A stretch of DNA of 64,000 nucleotides from Octopus vulgaris. Lineage: Eukaryota. How positions within the stretch are numbered: the first letter of the stretch is position 1; every line of letters begins with the position of its first letter. Below, one piece after another: positions 27,632-41,894 of this stretch. The DNA is taken from assembly GCA_951406725.2 (NCBI GenBank), contig OX597815.1:100068001-100132000 (forward strand), in the 5' to 3' direction. The notes below the pieces were generated by a model that made no database searches, was not told the DNA's origin, and saw only the letters and a list, made by a program, of their open reading frames with translations. Both the position numbers and the translations under genes were made by a program.

Positions 27632-28765
27632 TGTGTGTGTCTGTGTATTTATATATGTGTATGTTTGTACATATGTGTGTGTATGTATGCATCCATGATG
27701 GATGGATGGATCTGTATATATTTGCAACTGAAAAGAACACTTTAAATAACGTAGATCACGATAAACTATGTCTGGTAAAAAGAAAAGAAAAGAAAAGAAA
27801 GAAGATAGGATGGTATCAGTTGAAATACTTTTGTTCATCTTCTGTTTATCAGGGAGATGACTTGGAGCTGAAAATAACATGAAATGAATAACTCCCACTG
27901 GAAATCGAAACATTGAAAATAAGTTTGGTTTTCGGGCTCTTTTATATTTTTACGTCGTCTCGACACACAATTACAGACCACCTTCTCCATTATCTGCAAT
28001 GTGCTATTGAATCAAAGACTTTTATGTGAAATGACAAGAAGACATTTTACATCTCAGCATTTTATAAACAGCTTATTTTCTTTTTTATATATTGCTATTG
28101 ACAAGCTCGTTTTAAAGAGCTTTGAATATCATCAAAAAAATATCGGAACATTTTGCTAACAAACTAACTAGGGGGCTAATCTTTTGTAAATCTCTTTTAA
28201 GAATGTTACAACTAAATTTTTGTAAAACTCTAATAAACCACCTGAATAATCGACTTTGTTTAGGGAAAAAGTTGTAATTTAATCATTTCTCGAGTTATAT
28301 CGCTCGAAGGGGGTAAAATGTCCTATTGATAACTTTAAATGCGTGCTGAAAATCGGTTGTGACCTTTTCTTGGTGAAAAAATACATAATGGGATTTTTTA
28401 CACTTCCTTTTGTTGGTAAAATATGGTTTATGGCTGAAAGTGCTGGAAAAAAATGGTTTACCGAATCAACAAGGAATAAAAGTGATATCTGAATATGAGT
28501 GTTTATTTCAACCTCCTTTTATGAAGTTGTTAATTATATAGGCTGATTTATTAGCAAAGCTACTTAATTAGCAGTGTTGCGGTCACACTCGTTATAACCG
28601 CATCACCACAGAACTATACTTTCAAAGTCTCCCTGTTTGGCACATACACACACGCACCCCACTAATGGCAGGACAATCGGTGTGTCTGAGCACACACACA
28701 CATTCACAGAGACACACATACGCACATATATAGACAGATAGGCAGATATAGATAGATAGCGAGAG

Positions 28766-28818
<53 letters not shown>

Positions 28819-28961
28819 CACACACATGTACATATATATCTATACATGCATGTATACATACATATATATAAGTGCATGTGTGTACGTACTTATATACAGA
28901 CATATATACATATACCCTCATGTGTTTATACTTATATATATATATATATATATTTAAAATC

Positions 28962-29046
<85 letters not shown>

Positions 29047-29305
29047 TGTACGTATGCACGTGCGTGCATGTGTATAAATATATACACATACTTCAGAGAA
29101 CTAACAACCTTAATAAGGATACAAAAAAGCAGTTCAGCTTGCACCTGCCTTATCTACAGGGGTCTATTACTGCCCTTTGGCGGTTTTACAGAAGACACGG
29201 TCCGACCTACCCACCGTTCACTGTTGTAAAGATCTTTATTTTTTATTGACAAAAAAAAAGTAATATGCATGTAAGTACGTACGTGAATACGTGTGTAAAT
29301 AAATG

Positions 29306-29397
<92 letters not shown>

Positions 29398-30139
29398 ATG
29401 CATACATACGTTCGTACGTACATACATACATACATACATACATGCATGCATACATACATACATACGTACGTGCGTACGAACATACATACATACATACATA
29501 CATACATACATGCATGCATACATACATACATACGTACGTGCGTACGAACATACATACATACATACATAAATACATACATACATATAAAAATTGGAAACGT
29601 GGATGAGGTGGAAATATTAGAAGAGCTGTTAGATATCTGTATCTCCTCTAATATTCATCTGTGTTGTTCATGTTTTCGTCAACCACATACCCAGGGTCTG
29701 CAGGTCGCAGTGCACGCTCCAACTCTTCCGCCATTGTTTACATATTAAGCTGTTGCCATTTTCCCTCCTACTTCCTCTCTTCTCTTCTTTAAAGGGATAT
29801 ATTAAGACTTTCTATGGTAACCTCCCTGTTATTATTTGATGTCCCTCACATGTCAGGTCATTTCCTCGTGCAGTGGAAAATGCTTAATGTAATGGGAAAA
29901 TTTTATTAAATAGTTATTGTTATCAAAGCTGCAACTCTCAAACACCCTCTCTGCTTAATGTGATCAATCGGTTGTTGTTGTTGCTACTCGAAAGACTCCA
30001 CCTCAAAATGATCATAATAAGCAGTGTTCAACTCAGTTTTCGCTATTGTGTCTGTGAATATGTCGATGTATGCATGTATGTGTCAGTGTGTGTGGTATTT
30101 GTACTCATATATCTATGTATGTATGTAATTATGTGTGTT

Positions 30140-30200
<61 letters not shown>

Positions 30201-30844
30201 ACGTGTGTGTGCACGTATCTTTGCCTCAGAATCACAATAGCTACAGACCTGACTAAAGTTAACTTCGTAAATGCTTCCCTGGACCTAGATTTAAACAGTT
30301 ACAAATGAAAATCAAAAAACTTACACATATACACAACCAGTTTTTCCACAGTCACTCTCATCTTTAAATACCTTTTAGATAGTATTCGCAATACGGCCTC
30401 TAACCTCCTTCCTCTAAAGAACTTTTGATAAGGTAGACCCTTTCTATAATAGAGCCCTGGCCGAAAGTGGTTTTAAAGAGTAGATAATATATACTCCAGT
30501 ACAAACAAAACCCAAACCCAAAAAATACACCTGAAGAAGTTATGTGCTTCGCGTGGTTTCCAGTTTAGGGAAGAACCAGAAGTCACGCAGCGCCAAGTCG
30601 GGAGAGTAGAGAACCTATCGGACAAATGGTTTGTTGCTCTTAACCAGGAAAGCTTGGATTATGTGGGAAGAGTAAGCGGGTGCGTAGTCGTGGTGAAGTT
30701 GCTAATTTCTCGCCACCGACATGTCCGGCTCCTTTCGACGCTTCAGACAGACGATGTATAGCCTCCAGGTAGTATACCTTATTTATTGTTTGACTTATGT
30801 AAATTTTACCGATGTCACTTGATGTATGTGTTTTTCTTTTATGC

Positions 30845-31490
30845 ACTTATTGGCTGCAGGATCCATTCACGGAAAAATCCCTTTAAGACGTCCAGGGTTA
30901 AAAACACTGAATATTTCAAGCCAGACGAAACGAATCATCCCGTACCTGAACAAGAACGGTGGATATCGATATTTCGTCCGCTGTTATTTCAGCTCATCAG
31001 CACCTTATACCTGAGTCACCTCGAAACAAATTGGAATCGCTGGTGTCAGTGTAGAGCTTGTTGATTTACAAACAATCCCAAACAAATAAAACAAAATCAA
31101 ATTTTTAGTTAGAAGCGGTTCTAATCTGTCTTTCATTTATGCGCTTACTGACTATGCAAGGTAGCACTCTCGTAGCCAATGAATGCATAATCCAAACACT
31201 TACATCGGTAGTGTTTACATTATTACAGCTACTTCAAGCACAAAATTCAATTTTGCTTAACAAATTTTGTTACCTGTCTGCATATATACCTCAGACCAGC
31301 AATTCGAATTCGTTTTTCGAAATGACACAGTATACGGTGCGTACGAGCTGAAATAGCGAGCGAAATATCGATATCCACCGCTTCATTCAAGTATGGGATG
31401 AATCGCTTCGTCTGGTTTGAGATATTCAGTGTTTTTAACACTCCAGGTCTTAAATCGACCTTGCCAAATATGGTTCCTGCAGCCAATAAG
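30845..31490. repeat. Old imperfect foldback, ~205-bp arms (~30845-31055 / ~31285-31490), each arm with a hammerhead-like motif
   Basis: The arms align as reverse complements; also visible as similar pseudo-ORFs 30826+ and 31247-. Confidence 0.85.
30958..31004 (-). ncRNA. Type I hammerhead motif (degenerate twin at 31336-31379, + strand)
   Basis: GGUG-CUGAUGA-GCUG(AAAUAA)CAGC-GGAC-GAAA-UAUCGAUA-UC-CACC. Confidence 0.75.
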
Positions 31491-31684
31491 AACATATTCA
31501 AATCAGATACTTTGAAGATCTGACGTAGAAAAAGATTGCATTCTTAGAGCAGATTCTGATTTAAACTTTTATATGCGCGTCTGTGTATGCGTGCATGTGT
31601 GTGTATGTATATATATATATAAACACATACACATATATATATATGCATATGTATACGTATATATATATAAACATATGTAAGCAT

Positions 31685-31744
<60 letters not shown>

Positions 31745-31748
<4 letters not shown>

Positions 31749-31983
31749 CATAAGGGACTAAAGCCATCTGAATATGGCTAGGGACAGGGCAGGGTGGTGG
31801 GGGTGTTACTGTTGCATTTAGCCCCATGCGAACATCGACGTCGCCAGATAGGCTTGACACCATCACGGTGTCCAGCCTATCTGGCGACGTCGATGTTCGC
31901 CTGGGGCTAAATGCAACAGTAACACCCCCACCACCCTGCCCTGTCCCTAGCCATATTCAGATGGCTTTAGTCCCTTATGTTAT
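31745..31983. repeat. Near-perfect GC-rich hairpin, 117-bp arms, 5-nt loop
   Basis: 31745-31861 vs 31867-31983, two mismatches; abuts (TA)n. Confidence 0.95.
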
Positions 31984-32570
31984 CGAGCAGTTACTGTCTA
32001 TATCTCTTTTAGAGAATTATTATTGCTATATATATATATATGCATATATGTATACATATATAGATATGTGTATGTGTGTTTACATATATACATGTACACA
32101 TTGCTCCGTAAAAAGGTTTGAGCATGGAACAAACAACCTTTTCTCATTCAAAATGTGAGTCTGCGGTGGGGCTGATGGTGTCGGCAGTACTGTAATGATG
32201 AATGGTCCTAACGACGATAGTGATGATGGTGATATATTTTTAAAGTTTTTATATAACCTCCTAAATTACTACATTTCGTTTTAAATTCCTTATCTCACTG
32301 ACAAAATGTCTTGAAAATACACAATAAACACCTCAGTTGAAAAAGAAATCAGAATAAATATCTCATGGTAAAAATATCCAAATACATCAAATTACCGTGG
32401 AACACGTAAACAGTTATATAAAAGAAATGTGACAACTCGTTATTTTTGACCCTCGTTCATTTACGTACATTACAAAATATTTTCTGAAAGTAATTGCTTT
32501 CTTCTTAAAAAAAAAACGCTTAAACGGATTTTTTTCTGTAAACCAGGAAATATTTTAAAGAACGATTACG

Positions 32571-32620
<50 letters not shown>

Positions 32621-32627
32621 CTTTATG

Positions 32628-32669
<42 letters not shown>

Positions 32670-32670
32670 T

Positions 32671-32735
<65 letters not shown>

Positions 32736-32774
32736 TGTAATATATATATACATATATATGCATATATATGCATA

Positions 32775-32818
<44 letters not shown>

Positions 32819-33680
32819 TAATCCTGTTTTCTTCTGTGAATGAATATAATTTTCTTGTTTTTATTTTTATTTTTATCTATATTTATTTTTGTTTAGAAAC
32901 TTTACCAATTTATTTACACTCTCATAAAGTAAAAAGAAGAGAAAAAGAAACTAAGGAGGCAAACCAACGAGTAAGATACGCACTTGCATACAAAGATATA
33001 TGTAGATGAAGATATCTACAAAGCAAACAACCGTTAATCAACAAGAACACAAGAAGAAATAAGAAATATCTCTTAAAAATATATAAACCACACATAAGGT
33101 GTATTTCGTGAATCAAATTCACACTAACTATACAATAGATACGTGCATTACCAAAAAACCTCTTAAAACAGAACACAAAGTATGTCACACCAAGCCATAA
33201 ATTGACATTAATACCATCCATCTACCTGTCTTCTCCACCCGCTACTTCTGGGAGGATTTGCGAGTACAGTTCTCAGACACTAATACAGTACCACAAAAAA
33301 ATATTCAATGTAAAAAGGAGGACACTATAACAATAATATTTTTTTAAAATACTAATGAAAAACAAACACGTGAATAAGCTACTGATTACAACAGTAATTT
33401 ACAAATTTGATTGTAAATGAAAAAATTGTAAAATTCATGACTTCAACTGTTTTATTAATTATACAGGTACGTGGCTTTCGCTGGTTCACGACGCCCGTAC
33501 AGCAAGGACTAATTGCAATACAACAATTCACCCAGCAACGAAAACCAAAACGAGATAATAAAACATTAGTGGATAACATGTTCATACTCTAAATAATTTC
33601 GCACAAGAAACGACTTAATCCGTTTGTCTGTCCTTGTTTGTCCCTCCTGTGTTTAGCTCCTTGTGGGTAGTAAAGAAAGA

Positions 33681-33848
33681 GGTATTTCGTCTGTCTTTCT
33701 TTACGTTCTAAGTTAAATTCCACCGAGGTCGGCTTTGCCTTTCATCCTTTCGGAGTCGATAAATTAAGTACCAGTTGCGTACTGGGGTCGATCTAATCGA
33801 CTGCCCCCCCTCCGCATAAATTTCGGGCCTTGTGCCTAGAGTAGAAAA
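33681..33848 (+). mobile_element. OR-like SINE, partial
   Basis: CTTTGCCTTTCATCCTTTCGG...AAGTACCAGTTG block; a displaced tail piece lies at 33620-33680. Confidence 0.75.
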
Positions 33849-34670
33849 TAATATATAGAATGAAGCACAATACCACCATAAACATTTCGATACCATATAT
33901 TTATCACAGCCACCCAAGAAGAATAAAATTAATGATCAAAAATTCATATTCCAATAAATCTGTCTATACTAATCATAATGGTTCTTCCTACGTGTAGAAG
34001 GCATCATTTCACGCCAATATCTCTTCATCCTGAAGATGAAACTATGCAGGCTGATACTGGATTGAGGAATTTTAGTATGCCAGTTAAACTGCATAAAACT
34101 CAGCCGAAAATATGAAAAGACACCAATAAAAGAAGATAAGCTGAGAACTCAGTTTTGTTGCCAGTATTTGTTTAAAAGAAATGGTGTCCCCCATAAACAC
34201 ACATGCACATACTGACACACACACTCACACACACGTTCGCACACACATACGCAGCCACATATATAAATGCACCCAAACACACACGCATGGATACACACGC
34301 GCAAACATATATATACATCTGATTACACATATATATGTGTGTATACATATAAGCATAAATACATACGTATATATATATAAATACGTACATAAATATGTGC
34401 TTGTGTGTGTATGTGCGAGTGCGCGCGCGTATGTGTAATTCATATTGGTAAAAAAGAGTCCAAACAATGTTATACGGAATTACTGATTCATTTGTTCAGC
34501 AAATATATTCATGCCAATCGTTTAAACCTCAAATCATTCTAACTAAATCAACGAACGAAAACAAAAGCAATTTCTCAAAGCACCAGCATAATGTTTCTAA
34601 ACTGCTTTTCAAAGATAAATCTTAATTTTCATAAGTATATACATACATACATACATACATAGATAAATAA

Positions 34671-34763
<93 letters not shown>

Positions 34764-34783
34764 TGCATATATGTGTATCTGTA

Positions 34784-34821
<38 letters not shown>

Positions 34822-35145
34822 CATACAGATTTGCAAATATATAGTTATATAGATATCTGTTCTTTGCATACAGATATTATTTTGTTTTTAAAATTTTCAA
34901 GTTTCTTTTTCTCTTGCATTTTCTATTTTGTACCTTCCAATTACTGTTTCGCGACATTATGAAACGATTTAAGGGCTATTGAAAGTTATTCAGCTTGTAT
35001 TCCATTTACGAGCAATTTTCTTTCATAATTTAGGTATAGAAAAAATATAATACGAGTCTAAAAATTATATTGTTTTTACACAGTATTCGACATTGCACTT
35101 ACATTGGGTACGCTACTGTCTTTGTATGCATTGCTGGTTTGTTAC

Positions 35146-35207
<62 letters not shown>

Positions 35208-36015
35208 GGGATGCTTGTGTGTCTGCTTGTGTCGGTGTTCACGTGTGTGTGAACGGTTGCATTTTAAATGCTTCATTTGCGTTGGTTTTGACACCCACTT
35301 CACATAGATATTTGAGATGACACAAACTTTGAGAATTTCAACTTCATAGCAATTGACACAACAAAAACAAACGAAGGTTGTCTAAGTAATAATTGAAGAT
35401 GATGCTAAATAATGGAGGTTGCTAGGGACAAAAGAAGAAAAATGTAATGTATTAAAATAAGAGAAATGTTCTTACGGGGCAAAATAACAACAACAACAAC
35501 AGCAACAATAATAATAATAATAATTATAATAATAATGGTAAAAAAAAAGGAGTGTAGATCACAGTCCCTTGTCACATGACTGAAAACTAAAGCAGTTATA
35601 TGTGGGAACATAATCGTCTTTTTGTTTATTTTCAGTGGTTTTTTTACCCACAAATTTTGTCAAACGCAACAAACAAATTTTTCCTTTTCGAAAGAAGAAA
35701 ATATCTATCATATTTTTGCGCTTTGTATTAGTGTGAGTGTGTCTTTGTATGTGTGTATATGAGTTTGTGTGTGTGTGTGTATGTGTGTATGTGTGTCTGT
35801 CTGTTAAGTAATATATATGTGTGAATATACATATATACATACATATATCAATATATATATGCTTATATATATATATGTATATATATATATATACAATATT
35901 AATATATTTATATACATATATATATGCATATGTATATATATATACACACACACACACACAGAGACTCACACACACACACACACACATATATATACATATA
36001 CACACATATAACTGC

Positions 36016-36068
<53 letters not shown>

Positions 36069-36537
36069 GTGATATAGTGAGAGAGAGAGGGGGAGAGAAG
36101 AGAGGAAGGAGAGAATGAGGTAGAGAGAGAGAGAAGGAGAGCTTCATTTAGATTTTTTCAATATCATTTACTTCATCAAGACTTTTGATCATTTCTCGTT
36201 CGTATTTTATTAGTTTGTTTTATTTTCCTTTTCTTCCTTTCGTCCTTTCTTCCTTTCTTCCCCTCTCTCGTTTATACAATGTTATCATCACAAAGAATTG
36301 ATGTTCACTTAAGTTTGTAACGTTTTACGGAAGGATATAAACTCATATTTTATTATTCGTTTTGATTTTCCATTATTTGCTCAACACAGCTTCTCCTTTT
36401 AATGCCATTTTAAAATATATTTTTTTTCTGTCTTTAATTTATTATTATCTTCTTGTTTGCTGTGAATATCTATTACGTTATTTCCTTTGTTGTGTAATGT
36501 TCATATGACTGGTAAACATCTTTGTGTTGAAGACGAT

Positions 36538-36539
36538 GC

Positions 36540-36603
<64 letters not shown>

Positions 36604-36671
36604 AGTGGTGATGGTGGTGGTGGTGGTGGTGGTAATGATGATGATGATGATGATGATTATGATGATGATGG

Positions 36672-36711
<40 letters not shown>

Positions 36712-37400
36712 GATGATGATGATGGTGGCGGTGGTGGTGATGATGGTGATGATGGTGGTGGTGGTGGTGGTGGTGGTGGTGGTGGTGGAGACGGTGGTAG
36801 GGTAATGACGAGGACGACGATGACGATGATGATGGTGACGATGGTGGTGATCATGATTATGTTGATGACGGTGACGATGATGATGATGATAATAACGATG
36901 ACGACGACGACGACGACGGTGATGATGATGGTTATGATGATAATGATGATGATAATAATGGTGGTGGTAATGATGATGACGAAGTGGAGATAGAGGAGGA
37001 GGAGAAGTTTAATGATGCTGGTGGGGATTGTTGTGCTGGTGCTGTTTTGGCGTTGGCGTTGATGGTGTTACGGCTAGGGACAATCACCGGCTTAGTCGTG
37101 GTCGTTATGGTCGTGGTGGTGGTTGTCGTCGTCGTGTTGGTGGTAATAGTAGTGGTGTATGGTGACGGAGTTGGTGGCAGTGGCGTTGGTGGTGATGGTG
37201 ATGGTGATAGTTGTGGTCGTGGTCATGGAAGTGGTGATGGTGGTGGTGTGTGGTGATGATGGTGGCGGTGGTGATAGTGCTGGTAGTGGTGTTGCTGTTG
37301 GTGGTGTTGGTGGTGGTAGTTGTGGCAGTGGTGGTAGTTGTGCTGGTGTTGGTGATAGTTGAGGTGATGGTGGGGTAATGGCGGTGGTGGTGGTGGTGGT
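36538..37400. repeat. (GAT)n/(GGT)n/(GAC)n compound trinucleotide repeat
   Basis: Seen directly. Confidence 0.92.
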
Positions 37401-37620
37401 GACGCTGTAGATATTGTTGTTGGTTAGAACATACCTAATTGCATCATAAAAGTGATTTTCAAAATTGCAACAATTATTTTCAGTGTTGACTTTGCCATCG
37501 GCATGACAGTTCAGAAAGAAAAATATTACACAAATTTATAAACATGCACACACACACACACACATACACACAAGCTCACATGTGGGCGCACACATAAACT
37601 ATATGCCTATTTCCAGTATG

Positions 37621-37675
<55 letters not shown>

Positions 37676-38027
37676 GTATATATATATATATGATATATAT
37701 AGATATAACTTTCTCTCTCTCCATCATTCTCGTAGTATACCATTATAATCATACTGATCCACATAAACTCAAATTCTATAGATAGATAGAGGTAGAGAGA
37801 GAGAGAGAGATAGAGAGATGCATATACAAGAGTATTAGTGTAGATGTATATATATATGTGTGAAGTTATTTAAATATGTGTGCACATGCATATGCGTGCA
37901 TCTGTGCATGTATATATGTATCTATATATATATACATATATGTATATATACATATATATATACATATATATATATATATAAATATATATATATATACATA
38001 TATATATATAAATACATATATATATGC

Positions 38028-38114
<87 letters not shown>

Positions 38115-38223
38115 CATATATGTATTGTATATATCAGAAACGATAACATGTTGTTATGCACCTCTTTGCAGGATCATGATGGTGATAAGGATAATAACGA
38201 TCATGATAATATTACTACTACTG

Positions 38224-38542
<319 letters not shown>

Positions 38543-38934
38543 ATGTCAAAAGGAAACGTTATAAACTAATAAAAAATAACTTTTTCCCTCAATGTCTTCA
38601 ATAATATTAAAACTGCTGTGTGCGTGGGGGTTTTTTCTTCCTCTAATTGAAATAATGTGAAGAAAGAAACAATGAAAGAAATGTGTATGTATATATATAT
38701 GTATATATATATATATTATATATATATATGTATATGCATACACATACATATATATGAACATAGATGCATAAATATATATATGTGTGTATGTACATATATG
38801 TATATGTTTATATATGTGTGTGTATATATATGTATATGCATATATATATATGCATCTATATATGTACATATATATATATACATATACGCATACATAAATA
38901 TATATATATATACAAATATATATATAAATCTCCC

Positions 38935-38969
<35 letters not shown>

Positions 38970-39400
38970 ATATTTATATATATACATAACTATCTCAGAA
39001 ACGATTATCTGTAATTTCTAAACTTATCGTTTTTGTTTCGTTTATCTTCGTGGTAATAACATGAATATTTACTGTTAGGAAAGAAGATAATAACGAACAT
39101 ATTTTCGCGCATGTTGTATATTTATACATTCTGCGTTGTACATTGCATGTATTGTTGCTTTGCTTTTTAATTTTATATTTCAAACTGAAATATATATATG
39201 TATATTCGTGTATTTAATATCATACATGTCCATGCTCTATATTATACGTTGTGCATTTCGTATTGCATATATATATATGTGTGTTTGTGTCAGTATTCAT
39301 TGCTCGCTGAATATGTATCAATAGCTAAAAATCGTCTTACATTAACATGCAAAACTAAAGGACATCAAATATATTGTATCCAATAACAGTATCCCATATA

Positions 39401-39775
39401 GGCGCAGGCGTGCCTGTCTAGTAAGAAGCTTGCTTCCCAAGCAGATGGTTCTGTGGACTGAAACCCACTGCGTGGCACTTTGGGCACTTTTTCTATTATA
39501 GCCGACCAAAGCCTTCTGAGTGGATTTGGCAGACGGAAACTGAAAGAATACTGCCGTGTGTGTGTGTGCGTGTGCGTGTGCGTGTGTGTGTGACGAACGC
39601 TTGAAAACCGGTGCTGGTGTGTTTGCGTTCATATGAGATAGCAATTCTGCAAAACGAGACCGATAGAAAAAGTACGAGGTTTAAGAAAAAAATAAGTACT
39701 GACGTCAATTCATTCGGCTAAAACAAGTTGTTCAAGGCAGTGCCCCAGCATGGCCGCAGTCTAATAACTGAAAAA
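39401..39775 (+). mobile_element. OK-like SINE, diverged
   Basis: Homologous to 53767-54195. Confidence 0.8.
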
Positions 39776-40010
39776 TAAAATATAAGATGGATACATCCTA
39801 TCTGGGATTATACTCCTCTCATTCTCTTCTCAAGACATAATTGTAAGCTAATGGAAGTGACTATAAAACGCTTGTATTTTGGTCATTTATTCACTTATAT
39901 TACGTTTCTACACACATAATGGTTGACCCTAGAGCGTAACGACTATGCCTAAACGAAATCAACATACACACACACACACACCACACACATATATATATAT
40001 ATATATAATA

Positions 40011-40046
<36 letters not shown>

Positions 40047-40473
40047 GATGTATGTATATATGTATGCATATATGTATATATGCATGTACATATGTGTGTG
40101 TGTGTGTGTATGTTGCTATATTTCGAAATACCCATTTTTTTTTCTTGCCAATTAACCACACACTATATTCGTTCTTCACTTCAACTTCATTATTATTTTC
40201 ATTTTAGTGTCCTTTATTTATCTGAAATTTTTCGCCACACAACCTATGACTGCGTCAGCGATTCTCCGCCCCACGTGCCTCCTCCTGTCCTCTGTCTCTT
40301 GGAAAGCGTTATCATTAGGACGTTTCAGACATTGTTCTTTTTCCATAGTAGTGGACAGAATGCAACTATTTATATTATAGATATATACATATGTATACAC
40401 ATAAAAAAACTTGCAAACCCAAACCCAAACACACAGACACACACAGACACATATGTGTGTGTGTGTCTACATA

Positions 40474-40549
<76 letters not shown>

Positions 40550-40621
40550 GGTCCCGGGTTGATTCGGGGTTAACCACAGTAAATAAGGTACTCAATACAT
40601 AGCAGAGTAAAATTAATTTAT

Positions 40622-40732
40622 TATATAGAAGGAGCTTCTACAGGACTAGAACTGTTTCATTCAAGAGAAATCATCAGGAAGCTTCCTGATGATTTCTCTT
40701 GAATGAAACAGTTCTAGTCCTGTAGAAGCTCC

Positions 40733-40741
<9 letters not shown>
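40622..40741. repeat. Perfect 120-bp palindrome with no spacer
   Basis: Centred on AAGCTT (40679-40684). Confidence 0.95.
40680..40730 (+). ncRNA. Type I hammerhead motif (identical copy on - strand, 40633-40683)
   Basis: AGCUUC-CUGAUGA-U-UUC(UCUU)GAA-U-GAAACAG(UUCUAGUC)CUGUA-GAAGCU. Confidence 0.85.
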
Positions 40742-40794
<53 letters not shown>

Positions 40795-40812
40795 TTTATT
40801 TTGTTAACGAAA

Positions 40813-40850
40813 TTGTCCGACGAACGGGAACGTGAAACTCCGAGTAACAG
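40813..40850 (+). ncRNA. Minimal hammerhead-like motif with CCGACGA core variant
   Basis: UUGU-CCGACGA-ACG(GGAA)CGU-GAAAC-UCCGA-GUA-ACAG. Confidence 0.68.
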
Positions 40851-40952
40851 CTTTTGTTATATTTCTGCTGCTTTTAAATAAATCATATTACTCTACATCT
40901 GGTATTTGAGTACTCTTTTTTCCACTTTGTTTCACATTTATGTGCTTACTCC

Positions 40953-41012
<60 letters not shown>

Positions 41013-41854
41013 TGTATATGTACGTATTTATGTAGATTTGTTAGTAGGAAAGGTAGTGCACATGATTCTAGATAAAATTCATAACATAGGTGTGTGCGTG
41101 TTTGTACTGATCACTTCTAAGCATAATTGACTAAAGTGAAAATGCTTCGCTGATGAGATCTAATAGAATCAAAACATGCCTGTTATTCTCAGTGGTTGAC
41201 TATAAAACAACATTTCCTGTTAATTCGATTGTTTTTATTCTGCTAAAATTTGGGTTAACTGATTTTATTTGAGTCATCTTCCCTCTTTGTTATTCTTTAG
41301 ATTTTCACCTCCCCTCAGAGCAATTTATAGTCGTCTAATTGCATCGATTATCTTAGTTAATTGAAGTATGTAGAACACTAGTCTGAGATATTTTCCTCAA
41401 TATTATTGTATATACATAAATGTTTTGTATGAAGTACGAATAAAAATATCATAACCATGTTAGTGTTTGCCTTAGAGAACAAGTCATTAGATATCGGTTC
41501 ACTTAAGCAGCTAATGATTTAATGTTTTCGAAGGAAGAAAAGAAAATTATCCGGTGGTTTGCACTGAGACAGAAAAAGGAAAGCCATAGTTCAAAGCTGA
41601 GAACCACATGCCAACTTTGAGGACATACGTGTGGAGGTATGTACATATATGTGATATATGTATGTGTGTGTGTGTGTGTGTATGTATATATATGTATGTA
41701 TGTATATATAGGTATATTATATATAAACACATACAAACATACACATACATATATTACGATAACGCCAGTATTTCCTTCGTTTGGTCATAAAACTACCCAG
41801 GTTGAAAAACCTGACCACGTGGGGATAATCGAAATTCCTCCCTTTAGTATGTAT

Positions 41855-41894
<40 letters not shown>

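Noticed and set aside
30526-30560. ACAC-CUGAAGA followed by a short stem (similar case at 34030)
   Set aside because: The remaining hammerhead elements are missing.
41144-41182. CUGAUGA-GAU...AUC-AAAAC hammerhead-like remnant
   Set aside because: GAAA, cleavage triplet and stem I are not intact.
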